DNA of 63,193 nt, filler included, from Craspedostauros australis (GCA_030167865.1; 6 parts of 6 records of this genome joined end to end with filler, not necessarily neighbours in it); one strand, 5' to 3'. Positions 12,638 to 27,582 are shown, counted from the first letter of the whole stretch. Numbers and translations are program-made. Notes: generated by a model not told the origin, from the sequence alone.

Positions 12638-13594
12638 CTAGTTCGCCGCTTGCGGACGCTTGTCATTCTTGACCTCCTTCGACCACAACCGTCCGTTCTC
12701 GGTTCTGTACGATCCCTTCATTCGACCAGAATCGTAATCCACTCGCACGTTGCGTCCACCCACGTTGATCCTGCGCTTCAATGCCGCCTTCACGGCAGCC
12801 TGAGCGCTCGACGGCTCCTCGAATTCAACGTAGCAAAATCCCTTGCTTTGGCGGTTCACGGAGTTTCTCGCAATGCGCACCCCACCACCCTCCTCGGGCA
12901 AGGAGCCGAACTGCTCGAACACTTTGATGATGTCCTCTTCCACGGCGCTGTACGGCAAGTTCCCGACGAACAGGGTCCGGCAATCGGCAGTCGGCGGTTC
13001 GCCCGTACGTGCACCATCACCCAACGACGAGCTCGCAGCGCTGGTGCCGCCACTGCGCGGTGCCTTGCACGGTTCGACCGTCAGGTACCGCTTGCCCATG
13101 TACTTGCCCGACAGTTTCAGCGCCTTTGCGTAATCCGTGGCGTTCTCAAACACGACGTGTCCGTACCCGCGCAACCGTCCCGAATCCTGCCAGGTCGGCA
13201 ACCTCATCTCCACCACGTTGGCAATCCCGTCGGAGGTGAAGAAATGGCGCACATCCTCGGGCGAAGCGTCGAACGGTATTCCGACCACGTACACCGTGCA
13301 ATTCACCATCGCATCATCGGTGGCATCCTGATTGCCGCTGCCCTCAGTGTTATTGTCTGCATCGGCATCGTCATTGTTGTTGTCATCCTCGGACCTTCCC
13401 TTGTTCTTTCGCTTGCGCTTTCGTTTACGTTTGCTGGTGGCTGCTCCATCGCCCCCTGCATCCTTGTCCTGGTCGGCGGCTGCACCAGCATCGGCATCGC
13501 CATCATCGGCGCCGTCATTGGCATCGTTATGCTCATCGAAGCGATCGTGCTTCACCACCTTGCCATCCTCGTCGCTCTTGCTTCGCTTGCCCAT
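12638..13594 (-). CDS. Two-RRM nucleolin/Nsr1-like RNA-binding protein
   Basis: RNP motifs VYVVGIP/RGYGHVVF and LFVGNLP/KGFCYVEF; acidic N-terminus with KRKRKRKRK NLS-like run. Start MGKRSK is inferred. Confidence 0.88.
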   Translation of the reverse strand: MGKRSKSDEDGKVVKHDRFDEHNDANDGADDGDADAGAAADQDKDAGGDGAATSKRKRKRKRKNKGRSEDDNNNDDADADNNTEGSGNQDATDDAMVNCTVYVVGIPFDASPEDVRHFFTSDGIANVVEMRLPTWQDSGRLRGYGHVVFENATDYAKALKLSGKYMGKRYLTVEPCKAPRSGGTSAASSSLGDGARTGEPPTADCRTLFVGNLPYSAVEEDIIKVFEQFGSLPEEGGGVRIARNSVNRQSKGFCYVEFEEPSSAQAAVKAALKRRINVGGRNVRVDYDSGRMKGSYRTENGRLWSKEVKNDKRPQAAN

Positions 13595-14278
13595 ACTGCA
13601 ACTCGTTTGGTTCTTTCTCCTCTTGAGATAGATACCTGTGGATACTGTGGACGCTGTAGATGGTGTGACTGCAGACGAAGTGCATTTGTGGAGATCACTA
13701 ATGTGTTGCATGTGCTTTGACCTTCGTCCATCAACGTCGCATTCGTCTCGCTCCTCTTGATACCCAGTCTTGCATCTCGCATCTCCATGATTGGTTTCTC
13801 GTTTCTCGTTTCTCGTGTTTGTGTTGGTTGGTTGGTTTCAAGATGTGAGCACGGCCGCATGACGAACGAAAGAGAGCAAGCTAAAAGGTACTTCTTATGG
13901 CTTTCAATTCAATCAAATGATTCGAGCGAGTCGATGATCTGTCGGAATGAACATTTGTCTCTTCCATGTTGTCTTCGTGGTGGGATCCGTTGCCACGGCA
14001 ACGGCGCTGTTCTTGTTTTCCGCGTTTTGCTCGTGCGTCTCCCTGTCACATCCTTTGACAGCGTTATTGTTGTCGGTGGGACAACATGGAAGCTGCCAAG
14101 ACAACACAACTCAGGAGTCACAGAACAGAGAGTACGGTGCGAAGCGGTGATAGAAGAACATAGAGTACCACATGGAATAGGGGAGGGCACAAGTGCAGAA
14201 GGGCAACCACCACATCCACCACACCCACCCAACCAGCTGACACAAGACCAATAGAGGAGAGTCCAACACAGCATTGAG

Positions 14279-17200
14279 ATGGCGCACGAGACATCGCAGT
14301 TCCTCGTCAAGCTTTCCGAGGCCTGCAAGAAACATGCTGCGTTCCATACAAACGTGGGTGCTGGTTCGTCAACTTCGTCGTCATCATCATCGCATCCATC
14401 ATCGTCACCGTCATCTGCGACTCCTTCTTCATCGTCATCACAGCCATGCGCTGCGCACCCCTCAGGCGAGCATGCAGCAGGCGGCGACGCTTCCGATGGC
14501 GTCCTCCTCGCGGACAAGTGCCGCAGAGAGCTGTGCAGCCTCTCCACCCTCATCCCTCAGCTGGAACTATCGTACTCCAACAGCCAGAGTGAGGACGCCC
14601 GCAACGAGACCACCGCCACACGCGCCATGGATGTCTCCAACATCTGCGGCTTCTACCGCAGCATCTTGGGGCGCGTGTACTGCCCGCACTCGCCAAGGTT
14701 GTTCGGCGACCAAAGGCACGCACACAAAGGTACGCATACGAACGCGATGCACGATGGACATTGGAACGTCATCATCCCGGCTTCCATGTCTCCAGTTCGC
14801 CCTGCTTTCAGTGGGATTTGCTGCGCTCATTTTCTCAACATTCCCGTGCCAACGATTGCCTCCACTGTGTTCGTTGTATCTGTCATGCATTCCATCTCTA
14901 CTCACCATACTCATACCATCCTTGTACTATCCTTGTACCACCCTTGGACCATCCTCGTACCACACGTGCATCGCTACCAACAGTACTACTCAGAGTGTTC
15001 TTCCTTCTCAAGCAACTCACAACTCCGTGCATGCAGCGAAACATGAGAGCGGTCGACAAGAAGTCCCTGAATTCGAAGGAAAGCACAGACGATGGGCACG
15101 TTCAGTTGCAGAGACCACCTGCAGCAGTCGCCGACACCGTCGTTGACACGATCTGCTCGCTGCTTGCCTTCATCGACGAATCCAACATCCAAAACTGCAT
15201 CCTCCAGGACATGCTGCTGCTTGGGCAGGATCTTGCAGTCTTGCAGGAGCATGCCAGAGCACGAGTCAACCAACACGCCTCGCGATCTCGATCTGTTCGT
15301 GGTGGAGGTACTGGAAGCGGTGGTGGCAGTGGTGGAATCGGTGCATTCAAGTTCCCCTCCGCCGAAATCGCCATCTTGGATGAGACGTTGGCATACTGCG
15401 AAGCGCAAGATGAACTGGAAACGTCAACTCCGTCCAAGTCTCCACCCTCTCCCAAAGCCGCGGCAACCACAACCCCAGCCACAGCTACAGCTACAGCCAC
15501 AGCAACCACTGAAGGAACGACAGCGAAGTTGGAGGATCCGATTCGCAACACGGAGGAACTACCGGAGGAATTCGTCCTGTACATCAGCAACCAGGAAACG
15601 CTGTCCATGCTACGGTATTGCACTTTCAACATACTGAGATCGCTGTTAAAGCTCAAGCAACACCGAGCGAAGTTCTGCATCGACGACCTCCCATCTATCG
15701 AAGTTGCGAATGGAGACGCGCCGTCGCAAGAAGAACGAGAAGCAGCAAGACAACGGCTGTCATTTGACGCGCCGAGCACCATGTTCACTGACATGATGGC
15801 AATGATCCGATCAGCTGCACTGTTGCCCATCCCGCAGATGCCAAAGAAACGAGCCGCTTCACCAGCATCCAAAAAGGTGACAGGCATTTTATCCACACAC
15901 CGCGTCTCAATCTCGGCGGTCCTTCTCTTGGAGTGCATGCTCGACGATTGGGAATCATCAAACGGTTCTCCCATCTTCAGCGAATTGACGGAGATGTCCA
16001 TCTTAGTTGCGCGCATCCTCAACTCGACCTTGTCCGATGGTGGCACCAACGGCATGGCAAGCGATGTGACAAAGCCCTTCTGCTTTGCGGAATACTACTT
16101 CGCCCATGTGCGAAAGGTCGCTCAGATGCTCTTTTTCCAATTACCAACGGTGAAAGACGAACCTTCCATTCGTCGTGTCAACGATGGCATGTGCCTCGCA
16201 AGTCTGCCGTATCTATGTGGCTGCATCGGGCACACAAGTGCGTCGCAGATCACGTCGATCAGCGCACGTGACGGCAACAGGTACAGGGCGAAGCTGATCC
16301 AGGTGGTGCTGCAGGTCATGCATCGGTTCTCGATGACATCATCATCGCCGTCAAGATTCGTTTGCAAGCAGATCACAGGAAATGCCAAAGCTGTGACTGC
16401 GCTCACAGAACTTGCATGCGACCCAACCCACCATCATGTTGCGACGCTGATCCTCAACACTCTCGTTCGAGACAACATCAGCAGTTTGCAACCGACGATG
16501 CTCGATTACTTGCGCAACAGAATGGCTTTCATTCCCACACCCAACACTGTCAGAACTGCAGAGCCATCATCCGCAACAGCACCGAATGGAATGGAATCCA
16601 CCGATGACGCAAATGTGCCGAACGCCGGGTTGAAACGAAAATGGTCAACAACAGACTCCGAGGAAACCGGCAGTCTCCACGTCCAGGATCAACATGATAC
16701 GTTTCTGCATGAAAGATCTGCACAAGGCGCTTACCAAAGTAGCACGGCAGATGGTGGCGGTACAAGCCAACGTGGCCATCACCTTGCCTTCCAGGATGCC
16801 ATCTGCTCCTTCGTTGCCCGCTCGACGGCTCCCTTCCAAACATCCAATTCTGGTGGAGGACCTCACACGGACACGTCACACGTATCCAGACTGGAGCTTC
16901 ACAACAGCAACAACCACAACAACGATCACAACAACGATCACAACAACGGCAATGGTGGTGCCGACGGAATCAACGACAACAGCTCCGCCCACAACTTTGG
17001 ACACTACCTGGCGCTTCGCGCGGCATCTGCATTGGTATTGGCGTTTCTGAAGCGCGGAGACGAAAGCATGGCATACGTCGGCTACTTGTGCACGACGGGA
17101 AAGATACTTTCATACTCACTTCGTCGATGCGAGTCAGGAATCGACCGAGCGGACTTGCAGCGCCACGAGATGGTCCTGGACACCGCAATTTCGTACGCCC

Positions 17201-20200
17201 TGCAGTTCGTCCTCGACCCCATCCCCAGCAACGAGATGACCGAGCCTCTTTTTCAAATCATCGACAACTTGAACACCGTTATCCGCGAGTCAGACCATCT
17301 GGCGCAACCAATGCATCATCAGACGATGGGCATCAAGGACAAATCAGTCCCGGCCACACTACAGACCCTTGCGAGCTTTCTGCCAGACACTCCCTACAAG
17401 AAGGACCTCGCTGAAATTGCCCTATTCTCGCTATCCAAGCAAAAGCGGTGAGTCGAATGCGCAAAGACGGAGCCACCACAGAGCGACTATCCTGTCCAAA
17501 CAGAAGGAACAAATGCGATGCACTATCATGCGGCGGTGGCGGTTTGCACACATGGCAATGCAGGAGCGACTGGATGATTGCTCCTGACAGCAACACCAAA
17601 AACTCTCTTCTCACATTACCTCCTCCTTGCCTTTTCTATCCTTATTGTTNNNNNNNNNNNNNNNCCCCCCCCCCCACCGACCTTCTGATCATACTCGTGC
17701 GTCCAAAATAAACTCCTTAGCCACGCATTGGTGTGGGCCACCCAATCCCCCAAAGACGAAAGACACTGTAGAATTGAGATTCTGTTGAAGTGTCATCATC
17801 CTGCCAGCAAGCGAGACCTCTTGGACGCTCACTTCGGACTGGCGACAAATCCAGGCCTTGGCATGAGCTGCTTCATGCTTTTTGTTTTGTCAGTTGTGGT
17901 CACCGAAGTCGAAGAATGGAAGCAGGCCGACGACCACACCAGCATCGCTGCCTTTTGCGATTCCTGTTTGTCTGTCTTGTTCCAAAACGCGGAACCTAAT
18001 GCGCACCCTCCAACGGCACAAATGCCACCAACTTCAGCAGCAGCAGCGACGATAACATCGCTCACACCGACATTGACACCAGCCTCAGCCACAGGGGCAG
18101 CAAGAGCAGCAGGAGCAGCAACAGAAACGTCGCGACCAGTGCTCACTGATTCCAACGAAGTCTCCTTCCCAACTATCCAAGCTTCGTGTGCAATGATTCA
18201 GCTGATCTTCTCTGTCCAGAGGTTGGATACCGGCCCTCGCGCACTTCATCGCATACGGCAGCTGCTCCAGTGCCCGGCCTCCATACAACGTTTGATATGC
18301 AGAGGCGAACTTGTGGCTCTTGTCAGTGCGGAGGTGCCACATCAAACCGCGGTGGATGCTGGCGAGGCGCTCTTGCTAGGCGTTCTGCGATCACTCGAAA
18401 CCCAAATTGAGTCGGTTGCCGATTCCAATCGAGTCCTTCAGCGATGGAAGTGGCTCGCTCTGGTCTGCAACAGTCTCCCCCTGATTCACGATATCCAAGT
18501 CAAGGAGAGGTTGCAGTCCGCACTCCTGTGGTTGCTGGAGACGGCGTTGCTGCATCCGGACCCCGAAGTTTGCCTGCAGACGTCGTGGGAATTGGGAAAG
18601 CTCGTTGCTACGCCTCCGTACCGGTTCCTCCAGTCAGCTCTGCGTCATCAGTCAAAGATGGAGGAAGCTGACCCAGCGGAATCCATGGGGACGACCGACA
18701 CGGTGAACACTTTGGAGGTTCCCAACCAAGTGGTTGCAGCTTTTTTCATGCACTTCGATTCGATCGCAACGAGAAAGAAGCGGAAAGCATCGGATCCCTC
18801 AATGAACAGCGGCAATCTTGCTTACATGGCGTACACCCAATGCCTAACGTCCATCAGCCAGCAATGCAGGAGCTCGGACCAGTACGGACGCCAGCTGTTA
18901 TCGAATGCCATGCAACGACTCGTCATCTGTTTTGGAGGTAAACGGGTTATCAGGAGAACGGCCAATGTCAGCACCAGCAACGTCGCCGCCAGTGGCGACT
19001 TGCTCAACGACCGATTCCAGATCGAGCAGAAGCTTGCGCTGCGTTCGATCATTTTCGCAAACCTTACGCGGCTGGACATGTCATCAGCAAAGCCCGGATC
19101 GATGATCTGCGAAGACAGGTGGAACTCCCTCCCAAAGTCGATTTTCAACGCTCTACTGTCATCCACGGGTCGGCTGGAGTACGACGCGCGAACGAGGGTG
19201 ATCCTGAACTTCATGCGGTATCCGATGCTGCGTCATGGATACGAACGGACCCTTCCGGGTGCGTCCCACATCTTCGCCCTTACCCATTTCATCGAGGAGA
19301 TGATCCCATCCGTGCTCTCAAGGTCTCTGGCGGACACCGACTACGACGCTCTCGTCATATGCCTCAGCATGCGGGAGCTGCTGGTGGCGAAGGAGAAGCA
19401 AAGCCTCATGTCCAAGAAATTCAGCACGTCCATGCTGTGCGGGCGCAGCGCCTTGCAATGCGTCGATGCGTCAAACGTACCCGTCACAACATCGCTGGCA
19501 CGCAAGAAGATCCGCAATCTGACGATCGGCCCAAACTCCAACCTCATCGAGCGAGTGATACCCTCCGTCCTCCGGGACTTCAGCGCGCACTCGAGAGTGC
19601 TGAACAGCTTCTGCCAGTCGTACCTGTACATGGAAACCCCTGACGTGATGCAGGAATGGGAGAAGCCGATCCTGAAGCGCCTCATCTGGGGGCTTGGAGA
19701 CGTCGCTGGTGCATCCAACGGGTCCGGCAGAGCCTTGCACAGCGCCTCGCTGCTGCTGTTTGGAAGCAGCTCGGGAAACCTCGGCAACACATCGATGGAT
19801 CAGAAGATGATGGTGTCATCGTCGTGGGTCTCCAAGCACTTCCTCTTCCTCCTCGTGAACATCCTGCAGCTCAAGTGGAAGGACCGGAGCACACGGGAGC
19901 GGTTCCAATCGCTGCTGTGCCTGCACAACATGCTGGACTACCTGGTCCCAGCGGAAGCTGGAGTGTACTTCCAGCAAATGATCTCCATCGTCTCCGTTGC
20001 GACCGAGCAGGTGGAACTGGCTGGGGACGCGAATGGGAAATCGCACGAATGCTACCTGCAATCCGAAATATGCATCCTCTCTGCCAAGGCGCTGGCACGA
20101 TTCATCACCATCGTCGCGGAGCAACAGCTATCAACCATCGCGCAAAACTTGACGATCATCATCGCGACCTTGATTGGTATCATGGCCACGTCCACAAAAG

Positions 20201-23200
20201 TATCACTGGACGCATCCGCTCAGTGCGCCACCACCATCGTCGATCTTCTTGCCGCTCTATCCAGCGGAGATCTCGGCGAAGGCTTGTCGAAGTACTTCGA
20301 CGAAGTCCCTTTTCTGGCAACGGCACCGGAGTTGGAGGATGTCCGACAGTCCCTTCAGCAGAAAGGGATCGTTTTCGCATCGTTCAACGTGCCAACATCA
20401 TCGAGCGCCGATCGAGATGGGTCACATCACAAGCCACATGACGACACGTCTTCGATCGTCTCGGAGTCCTCCCTGAAGCGACCAGAACAGCTTCGGCAGT
20501 TCCAGCACTGCATTGCGAGCACCGTGCCTCTGATTCAAAGCGAAAATGTGGGTGTTCGCCGTGCGACGTTGCAGCACCTCGGTGATCTTCTTTTCAATAA
20601 CCGCGCCTTGTTTCGAGCAATTCTGTCGGAGGAACGCAGCGTCACGACCTCTCGCTTCCTCACCATAAGATTCACCAAGGAAGAATCCAGGCAAGGAACC
20701 AACGCGGAAGAGCGATCGATACCTGAAAGGGGCGCCATCACCGAACTGATCGAAAATCTGCTGCGCAGATGCAAGGTAGAGTCGGACTCTCGGTCGCGCC
20801 TCCTCCTGGCATTGTGTCTTGGCGAGATCGGCGCCATCAGCGAGGACCAGCTCGGGGATATTCGCATATCCGAAGGGTTCGATGACACGCTGGAGGCTTC
20901 TGAAACCGACACCGGCACCTGGAGGCTCGCCCAGCCACCATGGCGGTCGCGCGACATCAAATACCAGCTCTACCTCGTCACGAAGCTCCTGGTCGACGGG
21001 TTGAGAAGCGCATCAGATCTGGCGGATCAGCACAAGATCGCATTTGCTATCCAGGAACTTCTCATTTTGCTCGATCTATCCGCAAACTCACAAGGGAGGG
21101 AGGTCGTCATCGACCTCCTGGATCGCCCAGATGACGCAGAGATGAGTCCGTGGTTGCAGGATCAGCTGCGGAAGGCTGGCGTGCTGGATGCTGTCGAACC
21201 CTTCTGGTCCAGCAAATTCCACGAAAAGGTACGGCACTCTCTTCGCTGCAATCCAAATCTGGGCATTGGGGGATGTAAAATTGAAAACGCAACATGGTCG
21301 AACAGTTGTTCCGTTGCGTAAATGGGCGCTTCTCGACTCGGACTTGGCAGCCTTCGGTCATGGGCAGATGTGTGTCGGTCTGCCTTACGAGTGTTGTGCT
21401 GCGACTGATGTCTACATCACGTGCTCCATCTTCTTCACCTTCTTGATTTGCGCAGCCATTCATTTCGTGACACTCACCCACTCTGTTGCCGAATCCGCCT
21501 CACAACGCTCACCCCTGACACGACACTGTCAAACAAATTTGCATGTACGCCTGGACAAATACTGGGGAAACGTTCACGTCAATCAAACCAAATGAAAACT
21601 GTTGCACTCGTACTCGCACTCGCACTCGCAACTACAACACCACTCTAACTGCGACGGAAACATGGGGGAATCTGGGCCAATTCTACATGCATGCGTGCTC
21701 GTACGTAGACGGACCGATTCGTCATGAAGCAACCGCCATTCTTCAAGACCTCCAGGAGCTACTTCCATTGGTTGTCGTCGTTCTGTCGCTGGATGATTGC
21801 ACGGGCTAACGAGACTGCGTCGAGCAATTGGAAGGCGATGTTCAACGCCTGCCGAGCTGCTGTTCGGAGCCGTGCTGGGCTGCCAGTCTCGGAATTCATC
21901 CTCCCTCTGCTCATTCTGGATCGGATGTGTTTCGGGAACTCGCACGAGATCAACCTCATGCTGACCGAGCTGCGGGACGCCCTCAACTTCCACGCACACC
22001 CCTGCATCATGGATTTTGCAGACTGTCAGCGGAGCGTCAACTCCGTGTTCGCCGTCTTCGACACCCTGCATTCGTGGATGCAGGCGGAGGTCGAGAAGCG
22101 CTACGCGGCCAGTTGCGCTTATGGTGGCAACGACTCGCGTGCGACCAGCGGCGGTGATGGCAGTGCCACCATGTGGCCAGCAGACGCTGCCTTGCATTCC
22201 ATCGATGATCTGATCGATGCCATCTCTCTCGAGTCCTTGGCCATCGCTGCGGGAAAGGCTGGGATGTACGCCAAGGCCCAGCAGCTTTGGGAGCGCCAGG
22301 CACGGAAGCGCTGCGTCGAGGCGAACTACAACAGCAGATCATCGTCGAAATCTATCCGCAAATCCCGCAGCCGACGCGGGTGCCTGGTGACGGCAAACCA
22401 CATGTCCCAGTCGAATTGGGAGCAAATGACAGAGGTCCTGTCACAGCTTGATGATCACGAAACCATGATGGCCATCCATCAGCAAACGACGCACATGGAC
22501 GCCCAGAAGATCGTCAGGGAGAACATCCGTCTCAAGGAAACATCAGGTGACTGGGAAGGGGCCTTGCAAGAGTACGAAAGGGCCATGCAGCTAGAAATGA
22601 ACCAAGGTGACGGCAAAATAACTGCGGGCATGCTGCGCTGTCTCGTCGAATTGGGGCATTTCGAAAGTGCGCTGAACCATTTGTATGGCGTCACGCATCA
22701 ACAGCAACAAAGGCAACAGCAGCAGCAACAGCAGCACAACGAAGAGAATGACGATGGCCGGCGTGTGCACGCATTCGCAGCCGAGGCGGCATGGCGTTTG
22801 GGACGGTGGGATACACTGTCAGATCTTGTCGGCCAGCATGCTCCCAGCAATGCGACGGCTGAAAACGCCGTCGACGAAGAGTTGTCGTATCGCATCGAAA
22901 CAGGACGCGCGATGCTTGCGCTGAAGGAGAGCAACTCGGATATGCTTTCCAACGCGCTCGACAAAGCTCGCGAATCAGTGCTGGCGAGCTTGTCGAGAGC
23001 CGCACAAGAGAGCTACACGCGATGTTACTCTCACTTGGTCCATCTCCATTGCTTGCGCGAAATTGAAGAAGCGGCGAAGCACCTTGCTGTCAGTAGGGAC
23101 GACGGTACGCCGGATGCATCAATGGCAGGTTTAATGACTACGAGCGGCACCGGTAGCCTGATATCGGAGCTGTCGGAGGCCAGCTGCGCCGCCGGTGGCG

Positions 23201-26200
23201 GGTGGAACGACCGTCTGGATGTTGTGTCTCCACGTGATGCGCAGTCAGTCATCAGCACGCGCCTGGCCTTGGCCAGAATTGCATCGGAGCCACTGTTCGA
23301 GGTTTCGCTGTTTGCCACAGCTGGCAAGCGAGCGCGCAAGCTGGGGTTGCACAACATCGCAGCAACGAACCTCACCCAAGCCGAGCTACTCCTCTCCTCC
23401 AAGGGCCGAGAGGCTGATGGCACGGCGATCCAGAATCTGTTTTGGCCCATCGAGTCGCAAGTCGCCGAGCTCAAACATGCGGCAGGAATGAGCAGCGCTG
23501 CGCTACAGACGTTGGGACAGGATGAGATGATGAGAGTGGTGGAAGAAGTCAGGTCAAACAGCTACGATGACACGCAGCTCCGGAGTCTCGCAATCCATCA
23601 CGAACGTGCCCGCACAGCTAAATTCATTGGCGTCGATGTCCCGTCCATCACGAACAACGACCCCGTGCTCACCAACCGATTTGCCGCGCGTCTGCTCAAA
23701 ATGACCCGCTGGATGGTAGAGGGTGGCCTCAAAGGGGGACGGGAGGTGCGAGAGATGTTCGAATTTGTCCATGGCGTGGAACCGACTTGGGAGAAAGGTG
23801 CGTCACGTTGTTGTTATCGTTGTCGTTATTGCTATTGCTATTGCGACTGCCATCGTCACCGTGAATAACAAACACTATTGTGGGCATTCCTCTCGTGTGC
23901 GTACAAATACACCCAGGACACAAGACATTCCGCACACGAGCAAGTGTTGTGCAAGCATCACATCGCGTCCGAGCAGCATGCAACACGCAACAAATACTCG
24001 CACTCTACTCTGCTTTTTGCACATCACTTCTTGTGCACCTACTACGATCAGACCACGAGCTCTATCTGTACATTCATCTGACCATTGATCCTTTTGCTTT
24101 GCTTCATCATGATTTACCTGGTGGCATTCGCTACCTCCACAAACGACCTCAAATCGCACAACGCTGGCGCCGCCACATGAACAACCGCATTCGTAGGACA
24201 CTTTCACTTTGCAAAGTACATCGATGGAGTTTTGCAAGGCCGACTCGATGCTCTCGTGACACGTGCGGCGCGCCGAAATCGTGTCAAACCTGGCGATGAC
24301 GAATCGCACAGATCGCGTCTGCTTCTTGCAGACAAGATGTGCCAAGAGTACACGCTGTTGGCGATGCGTCATTATTCCGAAGCGCTGATTTCCAGCGGGA
24401 AGCATCTGTACCAAGCCCTGCCCCGGTTGCTGTCGCTGTGGTTCACCATCATGTCTGCAAAATCTGCCCAAGATGCAAGCATGAGCAGCGGCAGCAGCAA
24501 CAACAGCAACCAAAGCAGCGGTCGCCATGGCAGCAGCAACATGGGCTCCAATCACAGCGCGGCGAACTCTCCAACATCCGAGAGAAACGGTACGTTTATG
24601 CCTACGCTTCCCGATCTAATGCCCGTGTCAATTGTGCTACACCTGGCGGTGGCTTGTCGCAGCTGAAGCACACACACACGCACTTCGTGCCTGCGCTGCT
24701 TCCGGCAGGATCCGTCTTCACTGAGGTTGCAGGGGAGCGGATTTATCTGCGTTCATGCTGCTATCATTTCCACACAGAGTACATACATCTTACATCTTTC
24801 CATGCTGCTGTGTCAATCATTATTTTTGGCGTCGTCGCTGACGTCGGCGTTGATGTTTCTCGACGCTTTCGCTCTACTTGCTGCCATCCTTCAACGCCAC
24901 TAACCGTACTCGTACCATACAGACAACTTCTCGCAATGCCAACAAGAGGCCAATCAGCGGATGTCGACCAACATAAGACAGATACCTCAGATCTTGTTCT
25001 ACACTGCCATCCCGCAGCTCATCTCGAGAGTGATCCATGACAACAACATGACATCTAAGATCGTCCAAAAGATCCTTCAACGCGTGCTGACACGTTTCCC
25101 GCAACAAGCCATGTGGCCTTTGGCCTGGCTGCGTGGCTCCCGAGACAGCGGGCGGAAACAGATCGGCGTCTCGATCTTCAAAGCGGCACAGACTGCATTA
25201 AGCAGGCACAAAACGGTGGACATGGAGGGGCTCCTCTCGCGGTCGGCGGATCTGTTCAAGTACCTGCAAACTGTAGCCAAATTCAAGGCACCGGACAGAT
25301 CCAAATCAACCAGCTTCCGCGCCAGGCCCTGGCAAAGCCAAGACCATCTGTGCGAATTCGTCCCGCCGGTCAAAGCCGCGCTGAACGTATCCTCACTCCT
25401 GTCGCTGGAACGGAGAGGTTCTCGCGACTACTTTCCTCGAATCGTTCCACGCATGAGGAAGTTCTGCGAGAAAGTGGGAATGATGAGCTCAAAAGCGAGG
25501 CCAAAGCGGCTCCGCGCGCTGATGGTCCCAGGAACGATCCCCCGAAGCGCGAGCCAACGCCGACTTGCACCATCGCAACCGGAGCAAGACGACATCGGCG
25601 AATTGCATTTCCTCCTGAAGCAGGAGGCGAAGGGAGATCTCCGCAAGGATGCTCGCGTGCAGGATCTGGCGAATGTCATCAACCGCTTGATGGTGGCTTC
25701 GATCTCTGGCAACGGAAAGTCCCGCGCACGATATCTCCAGCTGCGGACCTTCGCCGTGACCTGTCTCTCCGAAGACATTGGCATTCTCGAGTGGGTGCCA
25801 AACACGGACTCCATGCGGAACCTGGTCAACACGTCGTACAACCCGCAGGCCAACTCGAGCTCCAGCAAGCGACGCGGCAACACTCTTTCCTTCGTTGGGG
25901 AAGGCCCGCTCCGCTCCAGCTTCGTCGACGCCCAGAATGTGTACTTCAAGAAGATGAAATGCCAGCAGGCCATCGCCATGTTCATTGAACGATGCCTCGC
26001 CGCATCGCCACCGCTGCTGTACTGGTGGTTCGTGCACAAATTCCACGATCCGCACATGTGGTACGAGGCGCGGATACGATTCACGTTGAGTGTTGCGGTA
26101 TGGTCGGGAGTTGGCCACGTGCTTGGCCTTGGGGATCGGCACGCGGAGAATATTCTGGTGGACACGACCAGCGGCGCCTGCGTCCACGTTGACTTCGATT

Positions 26201-27124
26201 GGTACGTACGGTACCATACTGCGATCTGTCGTGCTGGGTGCCCGGGGGTGAAGTCTCTGTGATGTTTGTGCATTTGCATGACATAGATGAGCGCTGCGTG
26301 CTTGGACCAAGAATCATCGTTACAGTATGTTGCCAATAGGTGTGGTGGAGTCCTGTGCTCCATTCGTCTTGGATTCGCTGGCGCAGCAGTGCGCGATGTC
26401 ATTAAACTCACCAAACTTGTTCGATCTCGTTCGTTTTAACTTGTCTTCTTCCTCCCACATCTCCACGCCATGGAATTTCATTCAACCCCATCCTGCTCCG
26501 CGTGGTTGTGCCTACGGTGCTGGTATTGGTACATACTTTTATACACTGTGATGGTACACGTTGGTTCCATGTTCTGACAGCATATTCGACAAAGGACTGA
26601 GCCTGCCAAAGCCGGAGGTGGTGCCTTTCCGACTGTCCCCGAACATGGTCGATGCTTTCGGGCCGACGGCCGAGGAGGGCATGTTCAAGATCGGTCTCCA
26701 AACCGTGATGGCGACGCTGCGTGACAACCGCGACACGTTGCTCTCCGTGCTGGAACCGTTCGTGAAAGATCCTGTGATCGACTGGAAGCGGCAACGGCAA
26801 CAGTCAGCAAACGAACGTGGTGCAGGCGATGAGAATGCGAGGAATGTGGTGCTGGACCAAACGCAGATTGCAGCCAAACAGTCGATCAATGTCATCGACG
26901 AACGGTTGCAGGGCATTTACAATCTCCGCAATCCCAACATCGCCAAGTTGCAGCGAAGTCTGATGAAGAGGACTGGCGGTATCGCACCAGACCAAGACTA
27001 CGAGGAGGAGCACACGCACATTGTACCTCTCTCGGTCGAGGCGCAGGTGCACAAGATGATTTCCGAAGCTTCGTCGCCGGAAAACCTCCTCCAGATGTTC
27101 GTTGGCTGGATGTCCTGGGTGTGA
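14279..27124 (+). CDS. ATR: ATR (Mec1/Rad3) PIKK kinase, ~3,575 aa; join(14279..14729,14984..17447,17721..21228,21709..23797,24197..24589,24923..26201,26581..27124)
   Basis: Six phase-consistent GT-AG introns. FAT region (AAWRLGRWD, WEKGHFHFAKY, YQALPRLLSLWF, PQLISRVIH), kinase (KGDLRKDARVQ, GLGDRHAENIL, VHVDFDCIFDKG, PEVVPFRLSPNM) and FATC (LSVEAQVHKMISEASSPENLLQMFVGWMSWV). Exon 1 junction is the least certain. Confidence 0.9.
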
Positions 27125-27416
27125 TTTCTGGTGGGTGCACGCTCTACTCCTGTCATATTATGGAGCACGAACTCGTAGATGCGTAGCTGTTATGGAAGGG
27201 CACGGTACCTCGGCCACGCCTCTTCTCTCTCCTTGCGCCATCGCCCCCGAGAAACTGACATTGCGATGTTCTGGGCTTGGAAGGACAACAACATCGTGTC
27301 TTGGCACGTTGTCGCCGATAGCAAATACGAACCCGCGCTACCAAATTCTTCGTGACTGCTCATCCTCGTACTTTTGGATTAGGTACAAAATGCACTTCGG
27401 GGGAACCGATGGGGAC

Positions 27417-27582
27417 TGTTGGCATACCCATGGGCCTGACAAAGGACAGACGGTCCGCAAGGCCCTCACACAGGAGGAGACACAGAGCCATCCGTCTCCT
27501 GTCCTCATAATCCTCTCCGATCCTCATCCTACACACAGTATAACATCATAGCATCACACTATCACCCTCACAGATACTGACA
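27417..27582 (+). mobile_element. Candidate short 5' LTR (TG...CA, 166 bp) of a copia-like element
   Basis: Begins TGTTGG and ends CTGACA; followed by GGTTCTGGCC (PBS-like position), a tandem-repeat leader and a gag-like ORF. No second LTR visible. Confidence 0.35.

Noticed and set aside
12620..13720. 366-aa plus-strand ORF
   Set aside because: Antisense to the RRM gene, with no recognisable motifs.
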